The position numbers and the translations under genes were made by a program. The notes beneath the pieces are model-generated. The model did not search any database. It was not told the origin of the DNA and saw nothing but the letters and a program-made list of their open reading frames with translations. From Bdellovibrionales bacterium (GTDB lineage Bacteria > Bdellovibrionota > Bdellovibrionia > Bdellovibrionales > JAGQZY01), in assembly GCA_031426555.1 (NCBI GenBank), contig JANPLN010000001.1, positions 1-50,900 on the forward strand: DNA of 50,900 nucleotides. The letters run 5' to 3'. Every line of letters starts with the position of its first letter. Within the stretch, counting starts at the first letter, position 1. Below are positions 17,832-27,367 of the stretch, piece after piece.

Positions 17832-19517
17832 ATGTCATCGGTGCTGTCCATCCAAAAACTGAATATTCATTTTCAAAACCAAATGGGTCTGAATTCCGCC
17901 GTGCAAAATCTGGATCTCGAAATCCCTAAGGGCAAAGTTGTAGCCTTGGTTGGAGAGTCGGGCTCTGGCAAGAGCGTGACGAGCTTAAGTATAATGCGTT
18001 TGCTTTCGGGCTCGCACGTCCAAATTGGTGGCAAGATTATCTTTGAGGAAAAAAACATTTTAGAACTGCCCGAAAAAGAAATGCGCACCATCCGCGGGCA
18101 AAAAATATCCATGATCTTTCAGGAACCCATGACCAGCCTCAATCCCGTCTTTCGCGTGGGCTTTCAGTTGATGGAAGGCTTGCGGCTGCATAAAAAAATG
18201 TCGGCGCGCGAAGCCCAAGGTAAAGCGGTGGAGCTACTGAACCAGGTGGGATTGCCAAATCCAACGCTTAAAATGAACTCCTATCCCCACGAACTCAGCG
18301 GTGGTCAACGGCAACGGGTGATGATCGCCATGGCCATTGCCTGCGAGCCGCAGTTGCTCATTGCCGACGAGCCCACCACAGCTCTTGATGTGACTATTCA
18401 AAAACAAATTCTCGATCTGTTGCAAAAGCTGCAGTCAGATTTGGGAATGTCGATGTTATTTATCACGCACGATCTGTCCATCGTTCGTAAAATGGCGGAC
18501 GAGGTGAGTATTTTGCGCAAAGGTGTGTGTGTTGAAAAGGCAAAAACCGAAGAGATTTTTTTGTCGCCACAGCATCCTTACACCAAGGGGCTCCTTAACT
18601 GTCGACCACAGATGCATCCTAAGGCTCGAAGACTTCCCACGGTGAGTGATTTTGTGGATGCCGGGGGAAAAGAAAAATCGTTTGATATGAAAAGCCTCGG
18701 TTTAAAAGTTCCAAGTTCCACGCCTAGCGATGCCAATACCGCAATTTTAAAAGTGAAACATCTGAGCAAACATTTTCCAGTGAAAACATCTTTTTTTAAG
18801 CGCACCAAAGAATGGGTGAAGGCGGTTGATGACGTGAGCTTTACCTTACACAAAGGGCGCATCTTAGGACTCGTTGGTGAATCGGGCTGTGGAAAAACCA
18901 CGTTGGGTCGCTCGCTCTTGCGACTGATCGAGCCCACGCACGGCGAAATCCTCTATCGCGATCAAGATTTGCGTCAGCTTGAAGGCGAAACTCTGCGGAA
19001 AATCCGCCAAAAAATTCAAATTGTTTTTCAAGATCCTTACTCGTCCCTCAATCCGCGAATGACCATCGGCAGAGCTATCACCGAGCCCATGCGCGTCCAT
19101 CAAATTTATTCGTCGGACAGCGAGTGCTGGGCGCAAGCAGAAATTTTGATGCAAAAAGTTGGATTGCTCCCAGAGCACCTCAAGCGCTATCCCCATGAGT
19201 TTTCAGGCGGTCAGCGCCAGCGTATTTGCATCGCTCGTGCTTTGGCAGTGAAGCCTGAGTTTATTGTCTGTGATGAGTCGGTTTCGGCACTTGATGTATC
19301 TGTCCAAGCCCAAATCTTAAATCTACTTCTCGATCTCAAAGACGAGTTCGGCCTGACCTATATTTTTATTTCGCACGATTTATCGGTGATACGCTTTGTA
19401 GCAGATGAAGTCATAGTGATGAACCAAGGCCAGATCGTCGAACAGGGAACCGTTGAAGCTGTCTATAACAACCCGCAAAACGAATATACAAAAAAGCTAA
19501 TCAGCTCAGTTCTTTAA
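17832..19517 (+). CDS. Peptide ABC transporter ATP-binding protein, two fused domains (GsiA/YejF/OppDF-like)
   Basis: Two Walker A motifs (GESGSGKS, GESGCGKT), two YPHE.SGGQRQR signatures, DEPTTALD and DESVSALD. Confidence 0.95.
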   Translation: MSSVLSIQKLNIHFQNQMGLNSAVQNLDLEIPKGKVVALVGESGSGKSVTSLSIMRLLSGSHVQIGGKIIFEEKNILELPEKEMRTIRGQKISMIFQEPMTSLNPVFRVGFQLMEGLRLHKKMSAREAQGKAVELLNQVGLPNPTLKMNSYPHELSGGQRQRVMIAMAIACEPQLLIADEPTTALDVTIQKQILDLLQKLQSDLGMSMLFITHDLSIVRKMADEVSILRKGVCVEKAKTEEIFLSPQHPYTKGLLNCRPQMHPKARRLPTVSDFVDAGGKEKSFDMKSLGLKVPSSTPSDANTAILKVKHLSKHFPVKTSFFKRTKEWVKAVDDVSFTLHKGRILGLVGESGCGKTTLGRSLLRLIEPTHGEILYRDQDLRQLEGETLRKIRQKIQIVFQDPYSSLNPRMTIGRAITEPMRVHQIYSSDSECWAQAEILMQKVGLLPEHLKRYPHEFSGGQRQRICIARALAVKPEFIVCDESVSALDVSVQAQILNLLLDLKDEFGLTYIFISHDLSVIRFVADEVIVMNQGQIVEQGTVEAVYNNPQNEYTKKLISSVL

Positions 19518-19529
19518 AAGTATCGATAC

Positions 19530-19560
19530 CGAGATCCTTCACTTTGCTCAGGATGACGGG
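19530..19560 (-). repeat. REP-like short repeat between convergent genes
   Basis: Minus strand CCCGTCATCCTGAGCAAAGTGAAGGATCTCG resembles the widespread GTCATCCTGAGCGAAGCGAAGGATCT REP-type repeat. Single copy in this window. Confidence 0.55.
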
Positions 19561-19565
19561 TGCTT

Positions 19566-20258
19566 TTAATGGTTGGCAACCTGCAGGAGGCGGGTGTCGA
19601 AGTCGAAGGTTTGCGTAATATTTTGCACGAGTCTCTGCATGAAATTGAAGTTTTCGGCAATCGTTTGATTGGACACACTCGAGATTTCTTGATTGGAATC
19701 AAGGCGGCTCAGCATATTCTTAGCCTTTTCTTTTTGCGCGAGAATTTTTTGTGGAGAGAGCATTAAGATTTCATTGAGCTCAATGTTCAGTTTGGAAAGA
19801 GATTTAAAAATATCGGTGTAAGGTGAAGGGATAAGGTTGCAAGCATCTGCTTCGGCCTTGAGAGAAGTCAGGGTAGCGAGAGGCACCACGTGGTCCTCCT
19901 TGATCAACCGTGCAGATTCCTTAGCTTTGTTAAGTAACACTTCCAGTTGTTCTAAGTGCACAACTGTTTTTTTCAAAATCACGGCGGCTTCTTTGGAGGT
20001 TAAATTATCTTCGGACACCAAATGATTTGCCAACACATCGATCTGTGCCTGTAAACCGCGAAAGTCTAAAAAGATCAGGGATTTATTTTTTTCGCTCAAA
20101 GTTTTATCAAGCTTTGCACGCAGACCTTCATAGGTAATATCCGAAAATAATTCTGACGAAGGGCAGGCGCTGGTTTGCGGAGGAATGGGTTCTAAAGCCT
20201 CGCTGGACGATCCATTGGTCAAAATGAATAAAATCATAAGAAATGTGAGAACTTTCAT
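19566..20258 (-). CDS. Secreted helical/coiled-coil hypothetical protein
   Basis: Signal peptide MKVLTFLMILFILT, heptad-rich body, AGGAG RBS. Confidence 0.75.
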   Translation of the reverse strand: MKVLTFLMILFILTNGSSSEALEPIPPQTSACPSSELFSDITYEGLRAKLDKTLSEKNKSLIFLDFRGLQAQIDVLANHLVSEDNLTSKEAAVILKKTVVHLEQLEVLLNKAKESARLIKEDHVVPLATLTSLKAEADACNLIPSPYTDIFKSLSKLNIELNEILMLSPQKILAQKEKAKNMLSRLDSNQEISSVSNQTIAENFNFMQRLVQNITQTFDFDTRLLQVANH

Positions 20259-20302
20259 TTTTGAACTCCTGCAACGGTCCGTTTGAATCCCAACAAAGTG
20301 TT

Positions 20303-20318
20303 ATCAAGATTTGTACCA
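20303..20318 (-). promoter_or_regulatory. Possible sigma54 promoter (GA at -12)
   Basis: Minus strand TGGTAC-AAATC-TTGAT upstream of 19566..20258. Confidence 0.4.
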
Positions 20319-20426
20319 AAAGTTGCCTCCATCAACGTCGCTCAACCTACTGAAATTCCGACGGTATTTTTGCGACCGAGATGGGGGGATGACAATTTTT
20401 GTCTTAAAACTAACAGCAATGACGTT

Positions 20427-21161
20427 TTAAGGAAGACTGGCAAATAGAGCATCAACTTCGGGATGATCGCGATCGAGCATCATCTCCTTCATCATTTTGG
20501 AGTCTGGAGTTTCGAAAAGTTTAAAGTTTTTTGACTCCAAAGGCTGTGCCTGGCCCATGAGATATTGCGAGAGAAGAGCCCGTAAGCCGTGTTCGGCATT
20601 TTCAGCGGTAACGCCAACAAAACCTAAGCGGCCCTCGGCGTACAGAGCTGTATATCCATTCACCACGCACCAGCAGTTCATGGCTTTATGATAAGGGTCA
20701 CCAGCACCCACGATACCTTTGTTTTGACAGTACTTAACCATTTCTCGAAGCAGAATAAATGTGCTGCTCGCTTTTTCAAGGAGTCCAGGATACTCGGGCC
20801 CAGGAATCACTTCGGAACTCGTCATTAATTTGAAATGCTGTGGATGTTTGAGCCCCATACGAAAGTAGGCAAGGCCGCAGGCATAATACATTTCTTGGGG
20901 ATCGTCCTTAAGGCTTTCGATGGCGGCGTACATGTACTGAAATTTTTTTTCAAAACCTTGCTCAATGATGGCCGCGATAAGTTCTTTTTTATCTTTGAAG
21001 TGACGATAGGGGGCCGCCTGGCTCACTCCAGCCTCGCGGGCCAATTCGCGTAAAGATAAATTTTCTGGACCTTTGGTTTTAAGTAAACGCAAAGCGGAAT
21101 CGATCAAACTCGATTTTAAATCACCGTGGTGATAGCCGTCTGTCCACTTTTTATGTTTCAA
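20427..21161 (-). CDS. TetR/AcrR-family regulator (WHG-type C-terminal domain)
   Basis: YHHGDLK..LI, LSLRELAREAGVSQAAPYRHFKDK HTH and WCVVNGY. TTG start after GGAG. Confidence 0.93.
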   Translation of the reverse strand: MKHKKWTDGYHHGDLKSSLIDSALRLLKTKGPENLSLRELAREAGVSQAAPYRHFKDKKELIAAIIEQGFEKKFQYMYAAIESLKDDPQEMYYACGLAYFRMGLKHPQHFKLMTSSEVIPGPEYPGLLEKASSTFILLREMVKYCQNKGIVGAGDPYHKAMNCWCVVNGYTALYAEGRLGFVGVTAENAEHGLRALLSQYLMGQAQPLESKNFKLFETPDSKMMKEMMLDRDHPEVDALFASLP

Positions 21162-21181
21162 AATGAATCTCCAAAATTGTT

Positions 21182-21223
21182 ATGTTGACACTGATCACAT
21201 CAAGATGTTATCACTGATTACAT
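21182..21223. promoter_or_regulatory. Two tandem palindromic TetR-type operators overlapping a TTGACA -35 box
   Basis: ATGTTGACACTGATCACAT (21182-21200) and ATGTTATCACTGATTACAT (21205-21223), consensus palindrome ATGTAATCAnTGATTACAT. TTGACA at 21185-21190. Confidence 0.75.
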
Positions 21224-21263
21224 ATGCGCACAACGAGCATAATCGATTCTTAAGGAGAAGACA

Positions 21264-23606
21264 ATGCGTACTTATATAGCTACCATCATTAACTATCGGA
21301 AAACAGTACTCTTTTTTACCTTTTTGATGACAGCTTTCTTTTTGTCTCAATTAAAATCGCTCAAGGTCATCATCGATCCCGATAGCACACTTCCGCAAAC
21401 TCATCCTTATATTGCTACGGGTAATCTCATCGAAAAAGTCTTCGGAAATAAATTTACCGTGGTTATTGGAGTGTCGCCCAAAACAGGAGACATCTACCAA
21501 ACTAAAGTTTTAGAAAAGGTGCAAAAAATAACATCCGAACTGCAGAAATCACCAGTGGTGATCAAGAGTAATATTTCCAGCCTGTCAGCTCGTAAATCGA
21601 AAAATATCACGGGCTCCGAAGAGGGAATGGAAGTGCGACCGTTAATGGAGCGAGTGCCACAAACTCCTGAGGAGCTGGAGGCACTGAAGTTGGCCGTGCA
21701 AAAAAATCCTGTGTTTACCAATTTACTTATCTCGAAGGATCAGCGAACCACCCAAATTGTGGCAGAGTTTAAAAAGTCTGAGGGAGGTTTTCAAGAAATT
21801 CAAAACATCGTCAACGAAATCGTAAACCCTTTGAAGGATGACACTGTTGACATTCACGTGGCGGGACTCACAATTTTTTTAGCTCTTCTCGAGCAGTATT
21901 CTGGACGCATGGCTTTTTTATTTCCTTTGGCATTGATTATGATCGGGCTGATTCACTACGAAGCCTTTCGCACTGTGCAGGCCTTAGTTTTGCCTTTGGT
22001 GACCGCGTTGCTTGCAGTTGTGTGGGCCATGGGGTTTTTGGGACTGATGGGTGAGCCGTTTGATGTTTTTAATTCGTCCACGCCCATTTTAATTCTCGCC
22101 ATAGCGGCGGGTCATGCGGTGCAGATTCTTAAACGTTACTACGAAGAATTCGCCATTGTGAAAAAAAGGCAGTCAGAGTTATCTCCCCAAAAAATGAGCG
22201 AGGAGGCTGTGTTACAATCGCTCAGTAAAGTGGGACCGGTGATGATCGTGGCCTGTACCGTGGCGGCTCTTGGCTTTTTTTCGCTCATGATCTTTGAAAT
22301 TAAATCTATTCGCACTTTTGGTATATTTTCGGGTGCTGGAGTTTTAAGTGCTCTGATTTTAGAAATGACGTTTATTCCCGCATTGCGAGTCCTATTGCCG
22401 GCGCCGGGCGAGAAGGAGATTCGCCGTGAGCAGGAGGAAAGTTTTTGGGATCGCCTCACAGGCTTCTTTTATCAACTTTCTATGTATCGAAGAAAAACCG
22501 TTTTTTGGACGGTGGGGTTACTCGTAGCCATTTTATCGTTAGGCGGCTACTGGCTTAAAATTGATAATTCACAAAAAGGTTATTTCTACGGAAAAATTGA
22601 GCAGCGCCAAGCTGACGATGCCCTCAACCTCAAGATGGCCGGTACTAATTTATTTTATATCCTGATCAAGGGCGAACAAGAAGACACCATCAAGCGACCG
22701 GAGGTGCTGGCGCTCATGCAGGACCTTCAAACGGAGGCCGAAAAAGACAATTTGGTGGGAAAAACTCTTTCCATGGTGGATTTTTTAAAAAAGATGAATC
22801 AGTCGATGAACGCCGACAAGCCTGAGTTTTATAAACTTCCAGAAAGCCAAGACTTAGTGGCGCAGTATTTATTGCTCTACTCGAACTCGGGAGAGCCGGG
22901 GGATTTTGATAGCTACGTGGACTACAACTACCAAAATGCCGTGGTCACGTTGTTTACGAAATCCGACAGTTCTGCTTACCTGGAAAAATTATCTTCAAGA
23001 CTTTTGCTCTATGCAAATGCGCACAAGCCCTCGGGTGTGGAAATCTCGGTGGGGGGTGGAAGCTTAGGTGGTGTTGCACTCAACCAAATTATGATTCGTG
23101 AAAAAATCTTAAACATTTTACAGATCATGGGCGCCGTCTTTTTAGTGTCGGCTTTGGTATTTCGTTCGATGCTGGCTGGGGCTTTAATTCTGGTTCCGCT
23201 CATTGCAGCTGTTTTTGTAAACTTTGGTATCATGGGGCTTCTAGGTATTCCTTTGCAAATTGCTACGGCTCTGGTGTCTGCCATGGCCGTTGGCATCGGT
23301 GCAGACTATGGCATTTATATGAGTTATCGCATGCGTGAAGAATTGCGAAATACGGACGATGAAGCTCTTGCCATCGAAAAGTCTTTTAAGTCTGCAGGTA
23401 AGGCTGCCATTTTTGTATCCACCGCGGTGGCCGGTGGGTTTGGTTTGTTGATGCTTTCCTGGGGCTTTATGATTCATATTTGGATGGGCTTTTTAATCGC
23501 TCTTGCGATGCTTGTGAGTTCAGTGACAGCACTGACATTATTTCCAGCGCTTATATTTACATTACGACCAAAATTTATTTTCGAAAAAAAAGGAGTTAAG
23601 CAATGA
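21264..23606 (+). CDS. MMPL/RND-superfamily inner-membrane transporter
   Basis: 780 aa with two repeats of TM, periplasmic loop and 5 TM. Motifs GIGADYGIY...RMREE, SIRTFG and LT.FPAL. Confidence 0.93.
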   Translation: MRTYIATIINYRKTVLFFTFLMTAFFLSQLKSLKVIIDPDSTLPQTHPYIATGNLIEKVFGNKFTVVIGVSPKTGDIYQTKVLEKVQKITSELQKSPVVIKSNISSLSARKSKNITGSEEGMEVRPLMERVPQTPEELEALKLAVQKNPVFTNLLISKDQRTTQIVAEFKKSEGGFQEIQNIVNEIVNPLKDDTVDIHVAGLTIFLALLEQYSGRMAFLFPLALIMIGLIHYEAFRTVQALVLPLVTALLAVVWAMGFLGLMGEPFDVFNSSTPILILAIAAGHAVQILKRYYEEFAIVKKRQSELSPQKMSEEAVLQSLSKVGPVMIVACTVAALGFFSLMIFEIKSIRTFGIFSGAGVLSALILEMTFIPALRVLLPAPGEKEIRREQEESFWDRLTGFFYQLSMYRRKTVFWTVGLLVAILSLGGYWLKIDNSQKGYFYGKIEQRQADDALNLKMAGTNLFYILIKGEQEDTIKRPEVLALMQDLQTEAEKDNLVGKTLSMVDFLKKMNQSMNADKPEFYKLPESQDLVAQYLLLYSNSGEPGDFDSYVDYNYQNAVVTLFTKSDSSAYLEKLSSRLLLYANAHKPSGVEISVGGGSLGGVALNQIMIREKILNILQIMGAVFLVSALVFRSMLAGALILVPLIAAVFVNFGIMGLLGIPLQIATALVSAMAVGIGADYGIYMSYRMREELRNTDDEALAIEKSFKSAGKAAIFVSTAVAGGFGLLMLSWGFMIHIWMGFLIALAMLVSSVTALTLFPALIFTLRPKFIFEKKGVKQ

Positions 23607-24403
23607 AACTAAATAAGACAATGATGATGGGTTTGTGTTTGTTAGGGATGGGCTTGCAATCAGCTGCCGCAAAGGACCTGACGGCGGAGCAAATTTCGCA
23701 AAAAAACTTTGTTGCAAGTAAAGTGGTGGATTCGCTTTCTGATTCGACATTTCGTTTAATCAATGCCTCCGGGCAGGAGCGGCGAAGAGAAACCACGGGT
23801 CAGACGAAGTTGATCAAGGGCACCACAGACAATATGCGACTGGTTACATTTTTATCGCCATCAGATGTTAAAGGAACAAAAACGCTTTTTATCGAGCACT
23901 CCAAGGGCGATGACGACATGTGGATTTATCTACCAGCTCTCAAAAAAGTACGTCGACTAGTCTCGAACAATAAAAAAGACTCATTTGTGGGCACTGATTT
24001 TTCGTACGGTGATGTTATTGGGCATAAAGTAGAGCAATGGAACCATAAAATTCTGAAAGAAGAAAAAGTCGACGGCAAGGATTGTTGGGTCGTGGAGTCG
24101 ACGCCAAAAACACCGGCCGCATCAGACAGCACAGGCTACTCCAAACGTTTGGGATGGATCGACAAAGAAAGCTTTATCGCTGTTCGTGGCGAGATGTACG
24201 ATCTTAATAATCAGCTCCTCAAAAAAATCAGTGCTCGCAAAGTCGAAAAAGTGGATGCAGCCAGCAACAAATGGCAGCCCATGGTTTTAGAGGCAGAAAA
24301 TATGCAAACAGGGCACAAGACCATTCTGGAATTTAAAAACTTTCGAGCCAATCAAGGAGTCGGTGATGATGTCTTTACGACGCGCTCGTTGGAAAAGCAG
24401 TAA
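23603..24403 (+). CDS. Outer-membrane lipoprotein-sorting (LolA-like) periplasmic protein
   Basis: Signal peptide, FLSPSDVKGT..L, DDMWIYLPALKKVRRL and SFVGTDFSYGD. ATGA overlap with the MMPL gene. Confidence 0.9.
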   Translation: MKLNKTMMMGLCLLGMGLQSAAAKDLTAEQISQKNFVASKVVDSLSDSTFRLINASGQERRRETTGQTKLIKGTTDNMRLVTFLSPSDVKGTKTLFIEHSKGDDDMWIYLPALKKVRRLVSNNKKDSFVGTDFSYGDVIGHKVEQWNHKILKEEKVDGKDCWVVESTPKTPAASDSTGYSKRLGWIDKESFIAVRGEMYDLNNQLLKKISARKVEKVDAASNKWQPMVLEAENMQTGHKTILEFKNFRANQGVGDDVFTTRSLEKQ

Positions 24404-25655
24404 TCAATTTTTCCTCGCTTTGCTTTTTTTATCGCAAGCGTGTTTCGCGACGAGTTTTGCACAGTCCGAGAGTCTGGTGGATCGATTAGGAATCACCGGC
24501 TCGTTACGAGCGTCCTACTGGAATCGCGACAAAAGTTATACTGACGAGCGCGGCTACACTGGCGGCTCGGCGTGGCTGACACTGCGTCCGCAAGAATTCT
24601 ATGGATTTAAATTTTACGCCGACGGGTTTGTGCAGGCACAAAATCTTTCACGCGAAGAGTACTCTCGTTTGGATTTAAGAGAGTTTTATGTTGAAAAATC
24701 TGTGGGAGACTTTGATTTCAAAATGGGCAGAGCCATTACCGTTTGGGGACGGGCCGATAAGATCAATCCGACGGACGTTTTTACCGTGCGAAATTATAAA
24801 CTCTTAATGACTGACGACGAGGATCAACGAACTGGAACTTTTCAATTACAGACGACGTATAATTGGCAGGGCTATCGGTTCTCCGCACTGTGGGTGCCGG
24901 AGTGGCGTTCGCCGATCTACCCCATTCCTCCCCTGACCGGGGTTCGCATCATTGACCAAACTCCGCAGGAGAAGCAGGAGCAAATGGCATTTAAGATCGA
25001 TCGCTCTGGTGGTTCTGTAGATGCCTCGCTCAGTTATTTTAAGGGGAGCAATAAACTTCCAGATTTACGTTTTATTCGAGTCGATGCCGCCGGAGTGCTG
25101 ATTGCCTTTGATTATGGCGATATCGAAATGTACGGGGCTGATTTTGCCACCAATATTGGCGAGTACGGAATTCGCGGCGAAGTGGCGTATACCAAAACCG
25201 ACGATAACGATGGCGATAATCCTTTTGTTCAGAACTCTCAAGTCTACGCCGTTGTTGGCATAGACCGCACACTTGTGGAAAATTTTAATTTAAATGTTCA
25301 GTATCTTTTTAAACACGTCATCGATTACCAGTCTTTGGATTCTTTAGCACTTGGCCCCCTGCAGTCGCTGGCGGAGCAAGGAGCGATCAACTCCAACCAA
25401 ATTGCAAAAAATCAAAGTGGAATATCAATTCGGCCCAGTTATAAAATGTACAACGACACTCTGGAGCTCGAGGTGGCGGTGGTGAGTTGGCTTGAGGGTT
25501 GGAACTCCCTAGTGCGCCCAAAGATCACCTACGCCTTCACGGATAGTTTTAAAGGAGTTCTGGGGGGTGAATTTTACAGTGGCCCCGACGATACGTTATT
25601 TGGTCGACTTCAACCGACTTCAACGGGCTTTGCAGAGCTGCGCTGGTATTTTTGA
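24366..25655 (+). CDS. Outer-membrane beta-barrel protein (DUF1302-like)
   Basis: Signal-like N-terminus, LREFYV, G...WGRAD.INPTD, alternating beta-strands and C-terminal aromatic (ELRWYF). Start uncertain between 24363 and 24369. Confidence 0.8.
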   Translation: MMSLRRARWKSSNQFFLALLFLSQACFATSFAQSESLVDRLGITGSLRASYWNRDKSYTDERGYTGGSAWLTLRPQEFYGFKFYADGFVQAQNLSREEYSRLDLREFYVEKSVGDFDFKMGRAITVWGRADKINPTDVFTVRNYKLLMTDDEDQRTGTFQLQTTYNWQGYRFSALWVPEWRSPIYPIPPLTGVRIIDQTPQEKQEQMAFKIDRSGGSVDASLSYFKGSNKLPDLRFIRVDAAGVLIAFDYGDIEMYGADFATNIGEYGIRGEVAYTKTDDNDGDNPFVQNSQVYAVVGIDRTLVENFNLNVQYLFKHVIDYQSLDSLALGPLQSLAEQGAINSNQIAKNQSGISIRPSYKMYNDTLELEVAVVSWLEGWNSLVRPKITYAFTDSFKGVLGGEFYSGPDDTLFGRLQPTSTGFAELRWYF

Positions 25656-25691
25656 TTGATCTCTTTAGCTTCGGTTGCTAAACCATTGGGC

Positions 25692-26297
25692 ATGGGGAAG
25701 CGTTCTTTTGGGGTTTTCAAAAAAATAGTTCAGATAACGAGTTTGGTGGCTGCCTTCGTTTGCAACGCATCTGCAAATACAGACTCGTGGATGTTCTTAC
25801 AAATGGCCATAGTGATGGAATCGAAGTCTTCGTGGACTGAAGATGACACGAGAGCTATGCTTGATCGCGCTAATGTCATTTTATCCCAATGCCAGATTTC
25901 ATTGGTTGAAGATCCGCAGAAGGTGATTTATTTGGGAACTCTCGCCATGGACTATGACTCCATTGGAGTTGCCAATGAGTTTTACAAGCAATTTAAAACA
26001 CCCCTTCTTTTTTTAGTTGAGGCAACACAGTATAACGGCAGTGCCGGTTGGGCTCCGGGCAGTAAGTATTTGTTTATCTCTAGTCACAGCCGCAGTGCTG
26101 ACTACCAAAAAATACGAAATCCTGAATATGAAATCTTGGCTCATGAGCTGGGGCACATGCTGGGTGACTTACGACATCTTTCCAGCGAGCAAAACTTGAT
26201 GGCCGCCTACATTACCAATCAATCGGCACAACTCACAAAAGAGCAATGTGGAAGCATGCGAGCCTCTTTGCATCTGAATGATGGTCACCTTTTTTAA
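25692..26297 (+). CDS. Small secreted zinc metallopeptidase (metzincin-like)
   Basis: HELGHMLGDLRH (HEXXHXXG..H) followed by an NLM Met-turn, with a signal-like N-terminus. Confidence 0.75.
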   Translation: MGKRSFGVFKKIVQITSLVAAFVCNASANTDSWMFLQMAIVMESKSSWTEDDTRAMLDRANVILSQCQISLVEDPQKVIYLGTLAMDYDSIGVANEFYKQFKTPLLFLVEATQYNGSAGWAPGSKYLFISSHSRSADYQKIRNPEYEILAHELGHMLGDLRHLSSEQNLMAAYITNQSAQLTKEQCGSMRASLHLNDGHLF

Positions 26298-27367
26298 TTG
26301 ATCCGATAGAATGACGTATTTTTGTATTCCGCGAGAAGCTTTTTAAGCAACAGTTTTGTAATCGCGCCAACAGGAATTGCCAAAAACAACCCTAAAAACC
26401 CCAGCAAGTTTCCAAAGACGATCAACGCAATGATGGCCTCGAACGACGACAGGCCTACACTGTTACCGACAATGCCGGGGGTGATTACGAAGCTTTCAAG
26501 CACTTGTACAATTCCAAAAGCGATCAAAATACCAACCAATGGGGACAGACCGTCAAAGTCCGCCAAGGCCGTGATGAGAGCGCCGACAAGGCCTATGCTA
26601 AATCCCACGTAGGGAATAATACTTAAAAAGCCAGTAATCACACCAAGAATGATAGCAAACTTCACACCCACGATGAGTAACGCCAAACTGTACAGCACGC
26701 TGAGAATAGCGCAGACCAAAAGCTGACCACGAATATAACCACTCAAAATTCGATTGGACTCCACGATGAAACTATCAAGCTGTGGCCGCCATGAAAGGGG
26801 TACTAAGCTTTCAATAAAATCAATGAGTCTTTCATAATCGTTAATTACATAAACAAAAAAGAGTGGAACTAAAAAAATATTCAGCCAAATAACAATTACT
26901 GAAGCGGCGTTGACTAAAGAATTTTTTAAAAACTCACCGACGGAGTTTATAAGATTGCCAGAAATTTTTTCTGAATACTGACTGGCAAAATCAATCAGCA
27001 TTTGTTTGTTGTACGGCACATGATAGCCGTAATTGGAAAAAAAAGTATCCAACTTTTCGAGGGATACGCTCAGGTTTTTCGGCAACGCGAGAACGGCGGC
27101 ATGGAGATCTGAAAAAAGCGGTGGAATGATTAAGAGTCCGAGTAAAACCAAACTCACAAAGACGATAGCCAGCACTACAAGCGACGACTGCGAACGGTTC
27201 AGTCCTCGTCGTTCAATTTTTTTAACTAAAGGAATGGCGGCGTAAGCTAAAAACCAGGCGAAAGTGAGAGGAACAAAAGCGGATCCCAAGCCGTAGAAAA
27301 ATATTGCTATGACCGTGCAAAGTAGAACAACAATGAAGGTATCTTTAAAAGATATATTTTTAATCAT
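26294..27367 (-). CDS. AI-2E family transporter
   Basis: P...A..LAY...P.V, YIRGQL, IPYVG, Q.LES..ITP.IVG and G.FLAIP. Confidence 0.92.
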   Translation of the reverse strand: MIKNISFKDTFIVVLLCTVIAIFFYGLGSAFVPLTFAWFLAYAAIPLVKKIERRGLNRSQSSLVVLAIVFVSLVLLGLLIIPPLFSDLHAAVLALPKNLSVSLEKLDTFFSNYGYHVPYNKQMLIDFASQYSEKISGNLINSVGEFLKNSLVNAASVIVIWLNIFLVPLFFVYVINDYERLIDFIESLVPLSWRPQLDSFIVESNRILSGYIRGQLLVCAILSVLYSLALLIVGVKFAIILGVITGFLSIIPYVGFSIGLVGALITALADFDGLSPLVGILIAFGIVQVLESFVITPGIVGNSVGLSSFEAIIALIVFGNLLGFLGLFLAIPVGAITKLLLKKLLAEYKNTSFYRIN

